NCBI GenBank assembly: GCA_051313645.2
Contig: JBNRSN020000007.1
Location: 100,006,001-100,070,000, forward strand
Direction of reading: 5' to 3'
Length of the DNA: 64,000 nt
Origin: Centroscyllium fabricii
Taxonomy: Eukaryota
The notes below the pieces were generated by a model. It made no database searches and was not told the DNA's origin. It saw nothing but the letters and a program-made list of their open reading frames with translations. Positions 58,531 through 64,000 of this stretch are shown here, in pieces. Within the stretch, counting starts at the first letter, position 1. Each line of letters begins with the position of its first letter. The translations under genes and the position numbers were made by a program.

Positions 58531-60716
58531 CTCCCTCTGGAATACCGACACTCCGTTGGTCACGCCGAAGAGGACCCGGAGGAAGTGGTAGAGCCGACCG
58601 TTCGCCTCGACGGCGGTGTACGGGCGGTCGGCTTTCCGGATCGGGAGTTGGTGATACGCCGACTTAAGGTCGATTGTGGAGAACACCTTGTACTGGGCAA
58701 TCTGGTTAACCATTTCCGAGATGCGGGGAAGGGGGTAGACGTCGAGCCCGGTGTAACGGTTAATGGTCTGGCTGTAATCGATCACCATCCGCTGTTTCTC
58801 GCCAGTCTTAACCACTACGACCTGGGCCCGCCAGGGGCTGTAGCTGGCTTCAATTATCCCCTCCTTCAGCATACGCCTGACCTCCGACCTGATAAACGTC
58901 TGATCCCCTGCACTGTAACGCCGACTCTTTGTAGCAATGTGCTTACATTTGTGGTCGAGGTTGGCGAACAGTGAGGGGGGGTCGACTTTCAGGGTGGAAA
59001 GGCCGCAAGTCGGACTCCGCTTTAGGAAGGAAGTGTCCCGGCTACTGACGGTGATGGGGGCAGGGTCCCGCCGAACTCCATTGTCACGCTCTTAAGGTGG
59101 CACTGGAAATCCAGTCCCAGTAAGACTGCGGAGCACAACTGCTTGAGCATGTACAAGTTAAAATTACGGTACACACAGCCCTTAACTGTGAGCGTGACGG
59201 AGCAGTAGCCGGTGACGTCCGCGGTGTGTGACTGTGAAGCAAAGGAGACTTGGTAGCGCGTGGGCCGGGTTATGGATCTGCAGTCCATAGCGCTGCACTG
59301 TATCGGGGTGGATGAAGCTCTCTGTGCTTCCGGTGTCGAACAGGCATTTAGTGGCATGGCTGTTAACTAGAATTCCCATCGTTGAGTTTGATAGGGTGTG
59401 CGGCCTAGCCTGATCGACTTTCAGGGTGGCTGAGGCCGAAGTGTGTGTATGTGGGCCCCCCGTTGGCCGGGGCCGTGCACAAGATGGCGGCGCCCGTGGT
59501 TCGCACATGGCCGGCCGCTGAAGACAAGATGGCGGCGCCGGGGGGTCGCACATGGCTGGCCGCTACAGACAAGATGGCGGCGCCAGGGAGTTGCACATGG
59601 CTGTCCGCTGGAGACAAGATGGCGGCGTCGGGGAGTCGCACGTGGCGGGTCGCTGTGGTTGCGGTGGCGGTGACCGTGGTTCACACGCAGTGAGCCGCAG
59701 TGGCTGGGTTGGCGGTGCCCGTGATTCGCACGCAGCGAGCCGCGGTGGCTGGGTTGGCGGTGCCCGTGATTCGCATGCAGCGGGCCGCACTGGGCGGGAT
59801 GCCGGCGTTGGGGGGTCGCACCTAGCCGGTCGTGGCTGAGTTTGGCGTGCCGTGGGCATCAGGGTGGGGGACGGGGGCGCTTGTATTCTACCCCCGGACC
59901 GTCGCTGAATCGCGCTGCAGCTGCAGCTTACCTGACGCCAAAGGCTGGTGCTGGAGCTTTCACAGGCCGCGCTGTTGTACCTGGAGCTGGACGCCGGGGC
60001 CGATTTGCAGGCCTTGGTGTAGTGTCCCTTCTTCGAGCACTGCTCGCAGGTCGCGATCCTCGCGGGGCATTTCACCCGTGGGTGTAGTCCCTGGCCACAG
60101 AAGTAACATCTCTTCGGTGCCGGCGTCTTCGCAGCTGCCGCTGCCGTTGTGGGGGCCTCGACCCGTTGTGGGGTTGCCCAGGAGTCGAAGGTAGCGTGTG
60201 GGTTTGGGCCGCCGTAAGCCTGTAGCTTGCGGCGTGCGCCCTCCACGTCGTTGGAGACGGAGATCGCCTCGTCTAAAGTCAATGTGTCCTTTTCCAGCAG
60301 CCGCTGGCGGGCCTCTGCGGACTTGAGTCCGGTTACATAGGCGTCCCGGACGAGGAGGTTTGCCTCCACTTGTGCCGTCCGTGGTTGGCAGTCGCAGGCC
60401 CGGACGAGAGCTTGGAGCGCCAGCAGGAACTGCTCGTTCGACTCACTTGTCTGGCGTAGACAGAGCGGACCGGGCGCTCATAGCATTTCTTCAATTTCTC
60501 CACGGCTGCGGTGTACGTCGTAGTGTCGCGGATGTAGGAGAAGACTCGGCTGGAGATCCTGGACCGGAGAACATGTAATTTGTTTGCATCCGTTGTAGCC
60601 TTGGCGGCGTCCATGTAGGCCTCCAGGAGGCCGAACCAGTGTTCGAAGGTGTTGGCGGCGGCTGGGTCCTGTGGACTAATGTCTAGCTTCTCGGGTTTTA
60701 CAGCGCCGCTCTCCAT
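58531..60716 (-). mobile_element. Degenerate Gypsy fragment D (gag, protease, partial RT; A/B group)
   Basis: KPEKLDISPQ..FEHW gag start, CYFCGQGLH, LFDTGS, RT up to GVTNGVSVFQR; frameshifts; no LTR seen. Confidence 0.9.
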
Positions 60717-61479
60717 TTGCCCCTCCCCATTGAAAGTGCTTCGTTACGCACATTGAATCGGGAGCGATTCCCGAGGTCATCTTTGCTGAATGCTGCCAAA
60801 CCCACACCCCTCAAAAATTGTCCAAACTACTTCACCTCTCCACCAGATTCCAAGGTGATGTGATCCGTTTGTAATCGGTGTTCTTGCTCTGTCCCCAGGT
60901 GACGTGGGTCCTGACTGAGTACATTGGACCGAGTGGTGCAGCCAGTGGTCAGTGGCCTTGACTCGGCCCAATCTCGCCTTCCTGTGTCGCCTTTCTAGAA
61001 ATTTGCTTGTTTGGCCGAGGCGAGGGGGTCTTCAGATAAACTTATGCCCAGATGAATGTGGAGGGACAACACTGGATGCTATGATTATGAACGATTGAGT
61101 AATGTACCTGACCACTTCTGCATACTGGGAAATGTATCTATTTACAAATTGGCTTTTAGGACCAAATATGCAATGAAGTGCTGTAGGTGTCACCATTATC
61201 CTTTTGTAATGACACACCAACCTTCTATAAAAACCTGTGAAAAGTAAAAACTGTTTTTCAAACCATTGCTTCAGTCCCCCACATTTTGAGTTGGTTTTCA
61301 ATGTAGATGCAATCGCCGGAGGGTATGAGGAGGGTGCGTTTCCTCTTCTCCCCACATCCCCCAATTGTTTTGGAATGGGTTATGTCCCCGCTCTCCAAAT
61401 CCCAGAATTGCTTCTGACATTCTCCATCTTCTTGTGCCTGGTTGCACTCTAGTTTTGCGATGCATTTTAATTTAATTGC

Positions 61480-61885
61480 GGAATAATGAGAGGGGGTCTT
61501 ATTGAACCATAGGATTCTGACGGGGGCTTGACAGGGTAGATGCAGAGAGGATGTTTCCCCTCGTGGGGGAATCTAGAAGTAGGGGGCATAGTTTCAGAAT
61601 AAGGGGGCACCCTTTTAAATCAGAAATGAGGAGGAATTTCTTCTGTCAGAGGGTCGTGAATCATTAGAATTCTCTGCCCGATAGAGTTGTGGAGGCTGGG
61701 TCATTGAATATATTTAAGGTGGAGATCGACAGACTTTTGAACGAAAAGGGAGTCGGGGGTTATGGGAAGCAGGCAGGGACGTGGAGTTGAGGCCAAGATC
61801 AGATCAGTTATGATCTTATTGAATGGCGGAGCAGGCACGAGGGGCCAAATGACCTATTCTTGCTCCTACATCTTACGTTGTTATG
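61480..61885 (+). mobile_element. CR1 3' fragment
   Basis: AGGAGGAATTTCTTC..GAATTCTCTGCC and CR1 3'UTR hairpin sequence. Confidence 0.85.
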
Positions 61886-61926
61886 AGCCCACCTGCCCAT
61901 TGCATTCCCTTGGTGCATTTCTAATA

Positions 61927-62326
61927 ACGGTGGCACAGTGGTTAGCATTGTTGCCTCACAGCACTGGAGACCCGGGTTCAAATCCAGCCGTGAGTACTAT
62001 CTGTGTGGAGTTTGCACATTCTCCCCGTGTCTGCGTGGGTTTCCTCCGGGTGCTCCGGTTTCCTCCCACAGTCCAAAGATGTGCGGGTTAGGTTGATTGG
62101 CCATGATAAATTGACCCTTAGTGTTAGGGGGATTGAATATATCGGGTTACGGGGGTAGGGTGGGATATGTGATGCAGGCTCGATAGGGATCGAGGGATAT
62201 GGGGAGAGGGCAGGGGCAGGATGCTGGGTTTTGATGATCAGCCATGATCTCATTGAATGGCGTAGCAGTCTCGAAGGGCCGAATGGCCTACTCCTGCTCC
62301 TAGTTTCTATGTTTCTATGTTTCTAA
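61927..62326 (+). mobile_element. HE1-like V-SINE
   Basis: tRNA A and B boxes, V-core, CR1 tail (TTTCTATG)n; same family as 21316-21703. Confidence 0.9.
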
Positions 62327-62439
62327 CCCTGAATCCCATTTGTTGATACGAACCTGCCTAGTTCCTTCTCGAAACCCATTCAGGTTTCTTGTTCCATTGT
62401 CCTGTGCTTTTAAAATCATCTCGCTGTTTGATTTAGGTG

Positions 62440-62830
62440 CCTGCATGGTTTAGTGGTAGCACGTACTCTAGGCTGACACTTCAGTGCTGTACTGAGGGAG
62501 TGCTGCATTGTCGGAGGTGCCGTCTTTCAGATGAGCCGTTAAACCGAGGCTCCGTCTGTCCTCTCAGGTGGATTTAAAAGATCCCATGGCAACTATTTCG
62601 AAGAAGAGTCGGGGAGTTCTCCTGGGCCAACATTTAGCCCTCAACCATCATCATTTAAAAAACCCAGATTATCTGGTCATTATTTCATTGCTATTTGTGG
62701 GATCTTGCCATGCGCAAATTGGCTGCTGCGTTTCCTACATTGCAGCAGCGATTACACTTTAAGAAAGTGCTTCATTGGCTGTAAAGTGCTGTGGGATATC
62801 CTGATGTTGCAAAAGGTCTATCAGTGCAAG
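62440..62830 (+). mobile_element. DeuSINE (SacSINE1-like)
   Basis: Deu core GGAGGTGCCGTCTTTCAGATGAG..AAACCGAGG..AAAGATCCCATGGCA. Confidence 0.78.
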
Positions 62831-62919
62831 TTCTGGATGCACCACTGAGAAATTGGAGGGCATAAATCAAAATTGCCTTGTTTATCTGGTATCAACATTG
62901 GAAAGTTGGTCTTTGCTAA

Positions 62920-63156
62920 TGACATATCGCCAATTAATACACAAAGACGAGTAGTTACCTAAACTAAAGGCTTTTATTAACTAAGAATGGAGCTGGTCTC
63001 CTGATGAGGTCAAGGTGAAGAAGGAGCTGGGGCAGGGCAGCCCTCACCTCTATGCTCCGACCTGAGGGGAGGAGTTAGGGGTGTGGCTGACCTGGCCTAC
63101 AATACAGTACAGGTGACCCAGCAACTATTTACAGTGGTTATTACACGAATACCACA
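62920..63156 (-). mobile_element. Solo LTR related to elements A and B
   Basis: TG..CA ends, 5-bp TSD GCTAA, shares GGCTTTTATTAACT and GAGGGGGAGGAG...TACCACA with the A/B LTRs. Confidence 0.85.
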
Positions 63157-64000
63157 GCTAAATTCAGCACCAACCTTTCAGTCGGTCCTTTATCCTTCAA
63201 CATTGTCCTTGTAATGACCAGACCCGAAACTATTCACCCATTTTTGACGGCAGAACATGGATTGGATCTCGCAATGCAATATCCTCACTGTTTAGAACAA
63301 ATGTCAATCTGTTTGTGTGTATATAGGCGACGCATGTGAGCATGTTTCATTATCAAGCTCTAATAGCTCACGTTAGCAAATAGAAAGTAATAAAACCGAA
63401 TAATTTAATGTCAGGAGCAGAATAAGAAACAAAAGGGAGAATAAATCTCAGGATTATCATCCAGGGTAATTTCTCACCTTGAGGGAGGAGCTGGCTTGAC
63501 ACCTGTTGTGAGGGCGGATTGAAGGTTATCGTCAGCAGCTGTCCAGTGACGGTGCAGTGTTGCTTGTGTCCATTGCTTCTTTCTCAGTGTTACCATTTGG
63601 CATCTCATTCTGCTCTCTAAAGTGCCTCGGCGCACTAACGATGTTAACAGTGCGTTATAAACCCCGGCTATTCGGGGAGAATCCTGGCGCTAAACCGGGG
63701 AGGTGGTTCCCCAAATAATCATTCTCAATGTCAATTGAAAATGAAAGTTCTTTAAACTTCTGGGGAGCGAAGGGTTAACACTGGGCTGATTGGTTGTGAC
63801 TTCGAACACCTGTGATTGGAAGAAGATCCAGTTGTTTCTTGGCAAGCCGCGTGGCACTGAGAGTTTGGGAGTTAAGTACTTCCAAAATAAAGGCTATTTT
63901 ATCCCGAGTTAATTACTGTGCCATTAATGTGCAGCCACTCTGTTTGTTAAAGTGTTATTTAGACCCACTTGTGCCTCAGTAGTCAGTGATTATTCTACAG

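Noticed and set aside
61032-63660. Possible second gene on the minus strand (TATA-like near 63655, donor at 63477, acceptor at 61235)
   Set aside because: Joining the ATG-bearing frame gives an immediate stop and neither peptide is recognisable; a non-coding transcript cannot be excluded

Overview
Repeat-rich vertebrate genomic DNA. The CR1, HE1/V-SINE, DeuSINE and Penelope content indicates a cartilaginous fish (shark-like). One host gene can be built on the minus strand: nine GT-AG exons with consistent phases (39301 to 5792; 2595 nt, 864 aa). It encodes three tandem SatP/YaaH (GPR1/FUN34, AceTr)-like membrane domains fused to a divergent YrdC/Sua5 (TsaC)-like domain and a tail with two NxxF motifs. 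Its introns hold an intact young Gypsy element with identical LTRs, an older relative, an internally deleted Academ transposon with an open XPG-like ORF, a near full-length CR1, nested Harbinger MITEs and hammerhead-bearing Penelope hairpins. The two related Gypsy elements have no tRNA primer site. Instead each has a 13-nt sequence complementary to its own LTR polyA signal, co-varying between the two elements, and both carry YLDN instead of YxDD in RT. After a 200-N gap (45755) come a 4.6-kb Gypsy palindrome, a 38-bp satellite with a 1891-bp higher-order repeat and further LTR remnants; this part may be partly misassembled.
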